A stretch of 64,000 nt of DNA from Candidatus Forterrea multitransposorum CG_2015-17_Forterrea_25_41 (GCA_009392915.1 CP045477.1:704001-768000), one strand, 5' to 3'. Counted from the stretch's first letter, positions 9,457 to 19,023 are shown. Notes: generated from the sequence alone by a model not told the origin. Translations and numbers: made by a program.

Positions 9457-9590
9457 ATATGCTAACTAGTATATAAACTTTTCTAAAAGTTACAGGGCTA
9501 ACCCTTGAGAAACACCCTTTTCTTACAGGATACACCCATGAGAAAAGCAAAAGTATATATATAAGCAACTTATTAATACTAAATAGTTTC

Positions 9591-9649
9591 TAACCGGCTA
9601 GTCTATTGACCGGTTTATATTGTTAACCGGCTAGTCTATTGACCGGTTT
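9591..9649. repeat. Two direct copies of a 26-bp GC-rich element, each an inverted repeat AACCGG-N12-CCGGTT; candidate operator
   Basis: TAACCGGCTAGTCTATTGACCGGTTT at 9591-9616 and 9624-9649. They sit in a locally GC-rich intergenic patch upstream of the AAA ATPase gene on the minus strand. Confidence 0.5.
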
Positions 9650-9687
9650 TTAAAATAAAACTTAAAATAAAATTATATTTAAATATA

Positions 9688-10197
9688 CTAAACAAACTTA
9701 GAACTTGTTGTTGCTAAAAAAGAACCTAAAAGAGCAGTTATTAATTGTAAAACACCCATGTTAATTAAAAAAACTTTTGGAAAGTTTAAAATAAAAATAA
9801 AAGCTAAAGAAACAATAAATAATAAAGAAAATTTAATTACAGAAGAGATTACTGAAGAAAACCATTTATTATTAATAAATCTTCTATAAGAAACAATAAA
9901 GATTAAGTTTGAAAGCCAAATAAAAGGAAGATAGTATAAAAGAAAAGAAGTATTTGTACTAAAAATAATACCTGCACTTAAAACTCCTAAAGAAGGTAAA
10001 AAAAGTAAAGGTAATAAATATTTAAGTTTAAAATAAAGAGCAGCTCTTATTAAAAAGAAATTAACTAAAGTACCTATAAGCCATTGAGGATGACCTATTA
10101 AAAAAGGAAGAAAAAAAGAAACTATTGAATAGATTGTAAACTCATAAACTTCTAAGTTTATGTATTTATAGTTTTGTTGTTGTTTGTAAAGATTCAT
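9688..10197 (-). CDS. Polytopic membrane protein, hypothetical
   Basis: 169 aa with four to five hydrophobic segments. Confidence 0.4.
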   Translation of the reverse strand: MNLYKQQQNYKYINLEVYEFTIYSIVSFFLPFLIGHPQWLIGTLVNFFLIRAALYFKLKYLLPLLFLPSLGVLSAGIIFSTNTSFLLYYLPFIWLSNLIFIVSYRRFINNKWFSSVISSVIKFSLLFIVSLAFIFILNFPKVFLINMGVLQLITALLGSFLATTSSKFV

Positions 10198-10208
10198 GTT
10201 TATTTCTT

Positions 10209-11144
10209 TTAAAATTTATATTTTTCTCTTAATTTACCTATAAATAATTCAGCAACACTACTATTTACATGATTTTCATTATACCTAGAATTATTAAAAA
10301 AATTCTTATAAAAAGAATTTAATTCACTAGGATCAATTTTAGATAACTCTCTTTTATAGTGGACTCTATAAGATCTAGGATGATTTAATAAGTTTATTAA
10401 AGAATTTACTTTTCTTAAAGTTGTTTTATTTAATTGAGCCCTAACTTTAATTAAACTTCTTTCTCCTCTTTTATTAATATTAGAGATATTTTTAGAATAA
10501 TCAATTTCTTTTAAAGGAGCATTTGGTTTTTGAACAGTTATCATAAAAGATAAAATATCATGAATATTATGTTCTTTTAAATTTGTAAATTTTAAGTTAT
10601 TTATGTAAAGATATCTATTTAAGCTTTCTCTTAAAACATTTGGATCATTAACTTTTAAGTTTTGTTTAAAAGCTTTTATTTCTTGTCTTGTTGGTTCTAA
10701 TTCTAGAAATAAAGAAAAATATTTTTTTTTAATAATTTCGTCTTGTCTTTTTTCTCTATCTATAGCTCTTGTTTTTAAATATTGTTCTTGTTTTTTTTTA
10801 AAATTTTCTAAATCTTGTTTTTTATTAATTTCATGCTTAAAAGAAGCATCTTCTTTTGCATCTTGAAAAGCTTTAAGTAAATTTTTTTTTTCTGAATTTA
10901 ATTTTTCAATAGAAATAGCAATTTTTCTTTTTTCAATAGAGCCATTTGGTTTTAATTTATTTAATTTTTCTAAAGAAGATTCAATTTTATCTAATTTAGA
11001 TTTATAATTAGAGACAACAGCATCTTTTTTTAAATCAGGTCTAGAATTTATTTTAGCTTCTTTTTGTTTAATAGCTTCTTGTCTTGAAGTTACTTTTTTT
11101 CTTAATTGAGAAAAGCTTTTTTTAAATGGATTTTTTATTAACAT
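10209..11144 (-). CDS. Lysine-rich coiled-coil hypothetical protein
   Basis: 311 aa, K/E-rich. No recognisable motif. Confidence 0.35.
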   Translation of the reverse strand: MLIKNPFKKSFSQLRKKVTSRQEAIKQKEAKINSRPDLKKDAVVSNYKSKLDKIESSLEKLNKLKPNGSIEKRKIAISIEKLNSEKKNLLKAFQDAKEDASFKHEINKKQDLENFKKKQEQYLKTRAIDREKRQDEIIKKKYFSLFLELEPTRQEIKAFKQNLKVNDPNVLRESLNRYLYINNLKFTNLKEHNIHDILSFMITVQKPNAPLKEIDYSKNISNINKRGERSLIKVRAQLNKTTLRKVNSLINLLNHPRSYRVHYKRELSKIDPSELNSFYKNFFNNSRYNENHVNSSVAELFIGKLREKYKF

Positions 11145-11346
11145 AAAATATCAAAACTCCTTTTAAATTTATAAAGTGATAATTATAAAGTATATAAAAA
11201 GTATTAAAAAGCTATATTATTTAAAAAAATAATAAAAGATTTAGAAGAAAAAGTAAAAATTAATAAAAACTTAATTTTAAAAAAAATAAAAAGAAAAGAA
11301 AAAAGAAAGAAATAAATTCCTTCCTTTAATCTTTATGTTTTAGAAT

Positions 11347-13860
11347 CTAGTCTAACATTTCGATAGCGTTGATTAATTCTTTTGCAGCGTCAGCTGTGTC
11401 TGCAGCAGAGAATCCAGCAACAACGATGTTACCGTTTTCAACAGAACCAACAACAAATTGACCAGCTTCTGTTAAGAATTCATCAGTAATTCCACTAGCT
11501 AAAGAATTAACTAAGTGTCCACCAACGATTATCTTAGCACCAGCACTTGTCATTGTTTCGTTGTCAAGGTATACAATTCTTTGTGTACTTGCATTCCAGT
11601 TAGCAGGTGTCATAGCTGTCATTTCTTCTCCACCAGTTACTGTTGAAGTGATTAATTTAGCTGAGATCATACCGTCTTCTGTTTCAACAACTGTACCAGG
11701 AGTAGTTAAAACAAGTTCTCCACCGTTAAGTGTAGTTTCTGAAGAAACTCCTCCACCTATGAAGATTTGTCCTTTTAATTGTTTCTCAGGAAGAGTAAAC
11801 ATTGGATACCCGTCTTCTATTGTTGCGTAAGCACCGTATGTTGTATAACCGAAAACTAAATCTGAATCGTTACCTTTATCTGATAAATCAAATGTGTCTG
11901 ACCCATTAGCACCGTATACTTGCTTATAAGTACCTAAAAAGTCATTATCATTTAAGTTAACCATATCTCCTGTGTATGCATCCATATACATTGTAATAGA
12001 ATCTGATCCATTAGTTACAGTTATTGCAGCAATAGATTCAAAATCATCATTTGCATAATTATCTGTAAATGTTGCACTATCTACTCTATCACCAATAAAT
12101 GAAGCATCAGATATAAATCCAGCAGCAGTATTAGTTGAATCTATTCCAGAAACATCCCATGTATAACCTGTGTCTCCAATTCCTAAATCAACTGTTTGAT
12201 TATTTTTCAAACCCATTGCAACTGTTTTAATTGTATTATAAACTGCATCTGCAGAAGCTGTTTTTGCAACACCAGGAGCTACCATCACAGTATACTCTAC
12301 ATCTCTAGCATCGTTGTTATATAAAGGAATTCTTAAATTTGTATATAATCCTGTATTAACATCTTGAACACTACCAGATTTAGAATAATAATCAGGAGTA
12401 GTTGAAACCCATGTTGGAGTTGATCCATCTGCACCAGTTAAATACTTACCATCTGAATCTTCTAATTGAACTGTGAAATTAACATCATTAGCAGCAGCAG
12501 TATAGAACTTGAAATACAATTCTTTACCATCTAATAATAATGAAGTGTATGAATCTCTAGCAGTTGTTGCTTCGTCGTAATCATACATGAAAACTTCGTG
12601 ATCTTTTCTATCAGCATCTGTAAAGTAGATGTAATTATCTTGAGCATAGAATTCTGCTGATTTTTCTTCAGTTAAACCTAAGAAATCAATTGAACCAAAT
12701 CCTAAAGGAAGCTCTACTGAATCTCCAACTCTTAATGAGTCATCATTAGTAAATCTTAATGATGTATCATCTGTAGATAAAGTGATTTTTGTTAAATAAC
12801 CAGAAGCACCAGGTGCTGAAGGAGTAAAATCAACTTTCCATAATTTATCATCTTTATTAGGGAAATCAGTTATTTTTGACCCATTCTTTAACTCTAATTT
12901 TCCTGAAGATCCAGTTATTACTTTAACAGTAGTTGCGTAAACAGTATCAACATCGATATTAGATTCTAAGTAGCTATCAAATATCTTTGTATCACCAGTT
13001 CTGAATACATCAGTTGCAACAACACTACCTGTTGAATCTTTTAAGTTCATTTCAGCTTGGTATCTGTTTGTTGTGTCACCAGTATCTAAAATATTTACAA
13101 CTTCAATTGTGTAATCGTCAGCAGTAAATGATGCACCAGGAGCATATGTTTGAGTAGCTAAGTTTTGAACTAATTTTAATGTTGTACCATCGAATGAATC
13201 AACAGTGTAGTTCTTACCCATTAAATTAAATTTAAGTCTTGGGCTTGCACCAGCATCTGTGTAATCTCCTTTAATACCTTCATCAAAATCAACAGAGTAT
13301 GATATAGCACCTTTGTCGATTGAAGCAACTAAATCTTTGACATCTTTATCTTTATTAAAGTAAACATTTGCTGTTACTGACAACTCATCAGAAATTGTTA
13401 AAGTACTTGCACCAGCGTGATCTGAATCAGCAGATGTATCTGTCTTATATAACATAGAATAATCTGTTTCATCAATTACTTTTGCAGTATTAGTCATATC
13501 ATTTAATGTGTAATTATCTGATAAGTAACCGTCACCTGATATTGTTGATGTACTTGAAGAACCTACTTCGATAGTTACGTCTTGTAAAGAAGCTCCGCCA
13601 ACTGTACCTGTAGTTGTGTATGCTTTCTTTCCGATAGCAGCAGCTATGTTACCAGCCCATACTACATCAACTGGTTGTGCCATAGAACCAACTACAACAC
13701 TAACACTTGGAACACCATTATTATACATTGTATCTTTAGTGATGTTCATAGAAAAGTTATCTGCACCAACGTTAGCAGCAACAACTGATCCAGCTAAAAG
13801 AGCTGAAACACCTAAAGCAGCTACACCAGCAACAACTTTTTTCATGTTTATATTTTTCAT
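11347..13860 (-). CDS. Large secreted Thr/Ser/Gly/Asp-rich surface protein (candidate S-layer or major cell-surface protein)
   Basis: Signal peptide MKNINMKKVVAGVAALGVSALLAGSVVAANVGA. 837 aa. Locally elevated GC and biased codon use (ACT/GGT/GCT) suggest high expression. A 690-bp non-coding leader lies upstream. Confidence 0.4.
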   Translation of the reverse strand: MKNINMKKVVAGVAALGVSALLAGSVVAANVGADNFSMNITKDTMYNNGVPSVSVVVGSMAQPVDVVWAGNIAAAIGKKAYTTTGTVGGASLQDVTIEVGSSSTSTISGDGYLSDNYTLNDMTNTAKVIDETDYSMLYKTDTSADSDHAGASTLTISDELSVTANVYFNKDKDVKDLVASIDKGAISYSVDFDEGIKGDYTDAGASPRLKFNLMGKNYTVDSFDGTTLKLVQNLATQTYAPGASFTADDYTIEVVNILDTGDTTNRYQAEMNLKDSTGSVVATDVFRTGDTKIFDSYLESNIDVDTVYATTVKVITGSSGKLELKNGSKITDFPNKDDKLWKVDFTPSAPGASGYLTKITLSTDDTSLRFTNDDSLRVGDSVELPLGFGSIDFLGLTEEKSAEFYAQDNYIYFTDADRKDHEVFMYDYDEATTARDSYTSLLLDGKELYFKFYTAAANDVNFTVQLEDSDGKYLTGADGSTPTWVSTTPDYYSKSGSVQDVNTGLYTNLRIPLYNNDARDVEYTVMVAPGVAKTASADAVYNTIKTVAMGLKNNQTVDLGIGDTGYTWDVSGIDSTNTAAGFISDASFIGDRVDSATFTDNYANDDFESIAAITVTNGSDSITMYMDAYTGDMVNLNDNDFLGTYKQVYGANGSDTFDLSDKGNDSDLVFGYTTYGAYATIEDGYPMFTLPEKQLKGQIFIGGGVSSETTLNGGELVLTTPGTVVETEDGMISAKLITSTVTGGEEMTAMTPANWNASTQRIVYLDNETMTSAGAKIIVGGHLVNSLASGITDEFLTEAGQFVVGSVENGNIVVAGFSAADTADAAKELINAIEMLD

Positions 13861-14546
13861 TTTTTATTCACCTTTTTATTTGTTTTTTATAAAACAAAGA
13901 TTGAACCTGTATATTAAAATTTTGATTAACAAAAAAACAAAGTTAAAAACAACACAACAGATTCTCTTTACAAAAAACACTTCATCGTAATCTGTAGAAT
14001 ACACTACAGATACTAATGTCCTCTGTAAGATAATTAAAGAGCAGTTTTGTTTAAAAACCTTTCTTTTTCAGAAAGAAAACAATAGGTTTTTAAAGGAATA
14101 ACTTCAGAAATTAACTCTTCATTATAAGCATATAAGAGACTTCTTCTTTCTCTTTACTTATAAGAGATTTATCTCATAAGGTAATTAATTATTTGTTTTA
14201 AAAAAAGAAGGTTTTTACTTATAACTTAAAAGAATAGTTTTCTTTTGTTTTTCCTCAAAAAAAACATTATTTATTCTCTTTAACTATATATAATATATAG
14301 TATATATAATATTAAAAAGATATTGTTTTTAAGAAAAAAAGAGTTTTTTTTAGGTAAAAGAGGAGTTTTAGAGAATACCTATTAGAGGTTTATACTCTTC
14401 TTTATAGGTATTATACCTTCTTTTATAGAGAATAAAGAAAAAATATTATAAGAGAAGAAAGAACTAATTGTTTAAAAGAAGAGTTATAATAAAGAATCTT
14501 TACTTGATAATATATAGAGAGTTTACTCATTTTACTCGTATCCTCT

Positions 14547-14756
14547 TTAAGCAGGAATCTCTATTGAATATAACTTTGCAGGAAATATGTTTTTAATAAC
14601 CTCTTTAACATCTTCATCTTCTAGAAATAAAGAAACTGCTTCTTTAAGATTTTCAAGAGCATTATTTTCATCATCTCCTTGACTAACTACATTTAATTCT
14701 GGACAAAGTGCTACAAATATTTTATCTTCTTTTGTAATTATTGCTGAAAATTTCAT
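14547..14756 (-). CDS. hicB: HicB-like antitoxin (UPF0150/RNase-H-like fold), orphan copy. The start is revised from the track's 14765 to the ATG at 14754-14756.
   Basis: MKFSAIITKEDKIFVALCPELNVVSQGDDENNALENLKEAVSLFLED has the HicB/UPF0150 pattern. The track start at 14765 is GTG and lies inside the conserved RBS block. The ATG sits 7 nt downstream of GGTGA. Confidence 0.55.
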   Translation of the reverse strand: MKFSAIITKEDKIFVALCPELNVVSQGDDENNALENLKEAVSLFLEDEDVKEVIKNIFPAKLYSIEIPA

Positions 14757-14761
14757 AAATA

Positions 14762-14797
14762 TCACCTAATATATTATAGTTATAAACAAAATTTAAA
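14762..14797 (-). promoter_or_regulatory. Promoter/RBS block, copy 1 (36 bp identical to 15495-15530)
   Basis: Minus-strand reading: TTTAAATTTTGTTTATAACTATAATATATTAGGTGA. It has a TATA-like TTTATAA/TATAATATA and a GGTGA Shine-Dalgarno 7-8 nt before the ATG. Confidence 0.5.
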
Positions 14798-15046
14798 GCT
14801 TTTTTTTTAAAGTCTAAGTTAAAAGCTCGTTTTTAAACATTGCGTGTTAAATGAGCAAAACCAAGTTTAAGCTTATGGCAAGGATTTTTCATATTATCAA
14901 ACCATTGCGCGTGAACCGAGAGAAACCGGTTCAACAAAAAGTTTTTATTTATGTCGATTTAAATCGACAAAGAAAAGTATTTTTGACGATTATTTTCGCT
15001 AAAACAACCTAATAGAAAATAACTACTAATATTTTTTTTAGATATA

Positions 15047-15277
15047 TTATACCAATTTTAAAAATTCATCTCTTGTAAGACCTAAATCTTTTTTAATAAT
15101 TTTATTAAGTAAACCTGGTCTTAATTTTTCAGAACCATGATTAGGGATTGTAATTTTATGATTATCTTCTTTGTTTATAAAAGTCATATGACTTCCAGAA
15201 CTATGACTATACTCATAGCCAATTTTTGAAATAATTTCACCTAATTCTTTTCCAGTTATCAAAGGTAGCTCAGACAA
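15047..15277 (-). CDS. hicA: HicA-family mRNA-interferase toxin (YcfA-like)
   Basis: GKELGEIISKIGYEYSHSSGSHMTFINKEDNHKITIPNHGSEKLRPGLLNKIIKKDLGL matches the HicA pattern (GSH..., PxH, K.G.L..IlkqaGl). It is 2 nt downstream of hicB. Confidence 0.7.
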   Translation of the reverse strand: MSELPLITGKELGEIISKIGYEYSHSSGSHMTFINKEDNHKITIPNHGSEKLRPGLLNKIIKKDLGLTRDEFLKLV

Positions 15278-15279
15278 AA

Positions 15280-15486
15280 CTACACCTCTAATTGTTGTAA
15301 GCCTATAAATTTAGAAACAGGAACTTCAATTTTAGTTTCAGAAGTATGACACTTGATAGCTTCTTTTGTTCTTTCTATTAATTCATCCATAGTTTTTGCT
15401 TGAGAATAGCAACCAGGTAATTCTAAGACTTCTGAAATGTACCAACCATCAGAATCTTTTTCAATAATTATATTATATTTATCCAT
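15280..15486 (-). CDS. hicB: HicB antitoxin (UPF0150)
   Basis: MDKYNIIIEKDSDGWYISEVLELPGCYSQAKTMDELIERTKEAIKCH is the canonical HicB N-terminal fold. It lies in an operon with hicA. Confidence 0.7.
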   Translation of the reverse strand: MDKYNIIIEKDSDGWYISEVLELPGCYSQAKTMDELIERTKEAIKCHTSETKIEVPVSKFIGLQQLEV

Positions 15487-15494
15487 ATTATTTT

Positions 15495-15530
15495 CACCTA
15501 ATATATTATAGTTATAAACAAAATTTAAAA
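15495..15530 (-). promoter_or_regulatory. Promoter/RBS block, copy 2 (identical to 14762-14797)
   Basis: TCACCTAATATATTATAGTTATAAACAAAATTTAAA on the plus strand. GGTGA lies 8 nt upstream of the hicB ATG (15484-15486). Confidence 0.5.
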
Positions 15531-15539
15531 CATTCTTTT

Positions 15540-17927
15540 TTAGTAAGGCAAAGCAGCATTGTTATTTGCAAGAAGACATAAACAAACTTTTAAATCTACT
15601 TGAGAAGTAAACTGAGTAACTCCATCGTTTGTAGTTAAAGTTAAAGTTCTTGTAAAACCTGCAGGGAAATTACCTAAATAAGTTAAACTTCTATTTGGTT
15701 CTATTAAAGAAGGTTGTGAAACTTTAAATAATTTAGAAGAAATATTTGTTTTAGGTAAAGGTTTAGTTGTTATTGATAAATTATTACTCTTTACAGAAGT
15801 GTAAGGAGGAGACGCTAAACCTAAGTCATATGGACTTGCAGAAAAATTACAATCGTTTGAAATTATTTGAGAACCATACTTCCAAACACAACTTACATTA
15901 TTATAATTATTATAAACAGCAACAGTAAAATCTAAATCTTCTTTGTAAGGATAACTTCTGTTTTCTTCAGGACTTAAAACTTCATGATAATGTGCTTCTG
16001 GCATTGTAACATTAATTGTTACAATATCTGTGTCTTGTCTTGAAAAATCATCTGTTACTATTAATTTAATTTCATATTCTGAAGTTTCTAAATTTAATTG
16101 ACCAGGAGTTTTATTTAAGTTACATTGGTTTGAAAAATTAGTATAAGAACTATTACCTTGTTTTTTGTGTTGCCATTGACAACTAGAATCGCCAATTTCA
16201 TTTTCTATAGAAGAAGAAAATGAAATAACATCATCAATCTCATAAGAAGAATTGTTTTCTGGAGAAGTGATTTCTGCTTCAAGGTCTAAAGGTTCTGTAA
16301 CTGTTAAATAAACATCAACAGTTGTTCCACTTTCTGATAAACCTTCAAGACGGATACCACTATCAACTAAACCATTGTAGGTTGTTGAAGTGGTGTCTCT
16401 TATTACTTGACAATTTGGATCGATTCTTGAAACATCATCAAATTTACCTTCTACAATTTCTGGGTTACAACCACCAAAATCATCCGGAAGTTCGGTTGTA
16501 TATAGATCACTATGAGTTCTAGAAGGGCTAGTATAAGCATCTAATATATTTTGTTCGAAAATAATACCAGGATGACTTATTGTATCATCATAATAATCAT
16601 CATCTTCATCGTACATGATACTGTTAAAAGCTATATCCCCAGCATAACGATCATCAATATAAGCTTCATCAACATGTAAAACATCTATTCCACCATTTGC
16701 ATTAAAAACTGGTGTAGTTACACCAAATAAATATCTATCTAAAGAAGTATCAGAAATATATCTATTAGTGATTAAAAAATATTCTCGATCACCCATGGTA
16801 TCAGGGTTGTTTAAAAGATAAGCATCATTACTAGTATCATAAGGACCTAAACTATAAATGTCTGCTTGAGAAGCAGAATTTATAACAACAGGATTAAGCC
16901 AGCCAAAAAAGAATTTTGACCAAGAATCAAAATTAACTGGTTTTTTATGATCTTGACCAACATCAATATCAAAAACCATTACAGTGTGACCTCCAAGACC
17001 AGAGCCTAACTGAATACCAGTATAACTAAGTTCATAAAGATCTGGAAGACCTAAAACATGAGCAAACTCATGAACAGCAGAATCAATACTTAATCTACAG
17101 TCTGTTGGATAATTAAAATAATTTATCCAGTTTTGACAAATAGATTGAAGATGACGAGAAGGAACTACAGCAACATTACCATAAAGCATACCTTGTATTT
17201 CTAAAGTTGTTTCTTTATAAATTCTTGCTTGAGAAATAATATTATTACCCATCTCTTGAGCAGGAAGACCAGCATGAACTAAAACAACACCATCAAGTCT
17301 ACCATCACCATCAGAATCATATTGTGTGAAATCAATTGAATTACTTCCAGTTCCAAAAAGATTTAATGTTTCAACAATAAGTTCATGAACATTATTGTTG
17401 TTATAATAATAACTATAATTGTGAGAAACAGTTCTCCAATCATAAACATCATATGAAATATCTAAAGAATCATAAGAATTGTGTTTATAAAATTCACTTA
17501 CACTTATACCTTCACCAGATAAATAATTATTTGAATTATAAACATCATCATAAACTGATGCTGTTAAACCTGCATCAGGAGAAAGATCAGGAAATTTAAC
17601 TAATAAAACAGGAATACTATAATTACCGGTTGTTGGAGAAGTTCCTATTTTATTATCTAAGGTTGTTGTTTCAAAATCTCTTGTAGAAACATTAGAAGAA
17701 TAATTTAAACCTAAACTTGCAGGAGTTTCTCCTGGAGGAAGACAAATACTTCCTGAACAATAACTTGAAAGAATTGGTGGAATTTCAAAGACAGGAGGTT
17801 TAGATTTTGTAATTGGTTTTATAACTGCAATATTTTCTGCACTTGAAGAAGCTTCTTTAGAATAAACTAAAGGAAGAAGTAAAAGTGAGAAAATTATTAT
17901 AACTACTAAAAATATTCTTTTATCCAT
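15540..17927 (-). CDS. Secreted M6 (immune inhibitor A-like) zinc metalloprotease with C-terminal beta-sandwich domains
   Basis: Signal peptide. HEFAHVLGLPDLYE matches the M6 HExxHxxGxxD motif. 795 aa. The C-terminal region is Ig/PKD-like. Confidence 0.55.
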   Translation of the reverse strand: MDKRIFLVVIIIFSLLLLPLVYSKEASSSAENIAVIKPITKSKPPVFEIPPILSSYCSGSICLPPGETPASLGLNYSSNVSTRDFETTTLDNKIGTSPTTGNYSIPVLLVKFPDLSPDAGLTASVYDDVYNSNNYLSGEGISVSEFYKHNSYDSLDISYDVYDWRTVSHNYSYYYNNNNVHELIVETLNLFGTGSNSIDFTQYDSDGDGRLDGVVLVHAGLPAQEMGNNIISQARIYKETTLEIQGMLYGNVAVVPSRHLQSICQNWINYFNYPTDCRLSIDSAVHEFAHVLGLPDLYELSYTGIQLGSGLGGHTVMVFDIDVGQDHKKPVNFDSWSKFFFGWLNPVVINSASQADIYSLGPYDTSNDAYLLNNPDTMGDREYFLITNRYISDTSLDRYLFGVTTPVFNANGGIDVLHVDEAYIDDRYAGDIAFNSIMYDEDDDYYDDTISHPGIIFEQNILDAYTSPSRTHSDLYTTELPDDFGGCNPEIVEGKFDDVSRIDPNCQVIRDTTSTTYNGLVDSGIRLEGLSESGTTVDVYLTVTEPLDLEAEITSPENNSSYEIDDVISFSSSIENEIGDSSCQWQHKKQGNSSYTNFSNQCNLNKTPGQLNLETSEYEIKLIVTDDFSRQDTDIVTINVTMPEAHYHEVLSPEENRSYPYKEDLDFTVAVYNNYNNVSCVWKYGSQIISNDCNFSASPYDLGLASPPYTSVKSNNLSITTKPLPKTNISSKLFKVSQPSLIEPNRSLTYLGNFPAGFTRTLTLTTNDGVTQFTSQVDLKVCLCLLANNNAALPY

Positions 17928-17985
17928 ATATATTTATTGATTTAACTTATATAAAAAGTTAACTTATTAACTTTTTAAAATAACT

Positions 17986-19023
17986 TTAATTTAAACCAAG
18001 AGAAAAACACACTTCTCCATTTGAGTTTGTAACACAAACTGGTTCTAAATCATAGTATTCAGATAAATCTGGATGACTTACATAAAATGTAGCATCTCCT
18101 TCTGAAGAACTATCTGATGCTGAAAATCTATTAAGACAAAGGTTTACAGAACCATTAGAATTTGTTTGTGCACTACAAAGTGCATATTCTGGAGCATCTT
18201 GAACAGGAAGTGTAAACTCTAACATCTTTTCATCAGAATTACCATTTTGATCTATTCCTGTAAAATAAAAATTAAAAACTCCTTCTTGATTACAAGAAAT
18301 ATTACTTGCAAGTTCTTCTTCTGGATTAAGACTTGAGAAAGTATGTATGAATAATCCTTCTGCTGTTGCAGGAACTTGAGTTCCATCGTAACTACATGCA
18401 TTACTTAAAACAATTTCATTAATTGCAGAGTTATATGTTTTTACAACTAAACTAACATCAACTAATTGTTCTTCAGTTGAATTAAAATCTATACTTAAAG
18501 TTGTAGGATAAGGTTGATTTACATTTGCACTTGCTGTTGGATGTGGACTTAAATTTAAAATAAATGTATTAGGAAGAGAATTTCCATATTCACAAGAAGA
18601 ATAATCTATTTCACAAGAAACACAATTATAAACATCATTAATTAAAAAATAACCAAATGGAAGATTATCTATACAACCTTCAGAATCTGGACCTAAAACA
18701 ATAGAACCATTCACCCATTCACATTCCTCGCCAGTATTTAAAACATTATCTCCACAAACACCACCTGGAATTGGGTCAGGATCATCATTACCTACTCCTC
18801 CAGAACCACCAGCATTACCATCCCCACCGCCTACAGAACCTAAGCCATCACCATCTCCTGATGGAATATAGTTAGATAGATCTACTTCTGGTATATCTTG
18901 AGTATTATCTATTTTTTTATTAATGTTAGATAAATAAAATGTTGCAAAAACAACACTACCTAAAACTATAACACCTATAATAATTATTGCTTCTAAAGAA
19001 ACCTGTCCTTTATCTCTAATCAT
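17986..19023 (-). CDS. Class III (prepilin) signal protein with Gly/Asp linker and a Cys-rich extracellular domain
   Basis: MIRDKGQVSLEAIIIIGVIV carries the G|Q-x3-E pilin processing motif. Then GDGDGLGSVGGGDGNAGGSGGVGNDDPDP. More than 20 Cys follow. Confidence 0.5.
   Translation of the reverse strand: MIRDKGQVSLEAIIIIGVIVLGSVVFATFYLSNINKKIDNTQDIPEVDLSNYIPSGDGDGLGSVGGGDGNAGGSGGVGNDDPDPIPGGVCGDNVLNTGEECEWVNGSIVLGPDSEGCIDNLPFGYFLINDVYNCVSCEIDYSSCEYGNSLPNTFILNLSPHPTASANVNQPYPTTLSIDFNSTEEQLVDVSLVVKTYNSAINEIVLSNACSYDGTQVPATAEGLFIHTFSSLNPEEELASNISCNQEGVFNFYFTGIDQNGNSDEKMLEFTLPVQDAPEYALCSAQTNSNGSVNLCLNRFSASDSSSEGDATFYVSHPDLSEYYDLEPVCVTNSNGEVCFSLGLN

Noticed and set aside
9591-9649. Possible CRISPR array from the 26-bp direct repeats
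   Set aside because: There are only two repeat copies, separated by 7 bp. There is no spacer series, no leader and no cas genes. It is better explained as a tandem operator.
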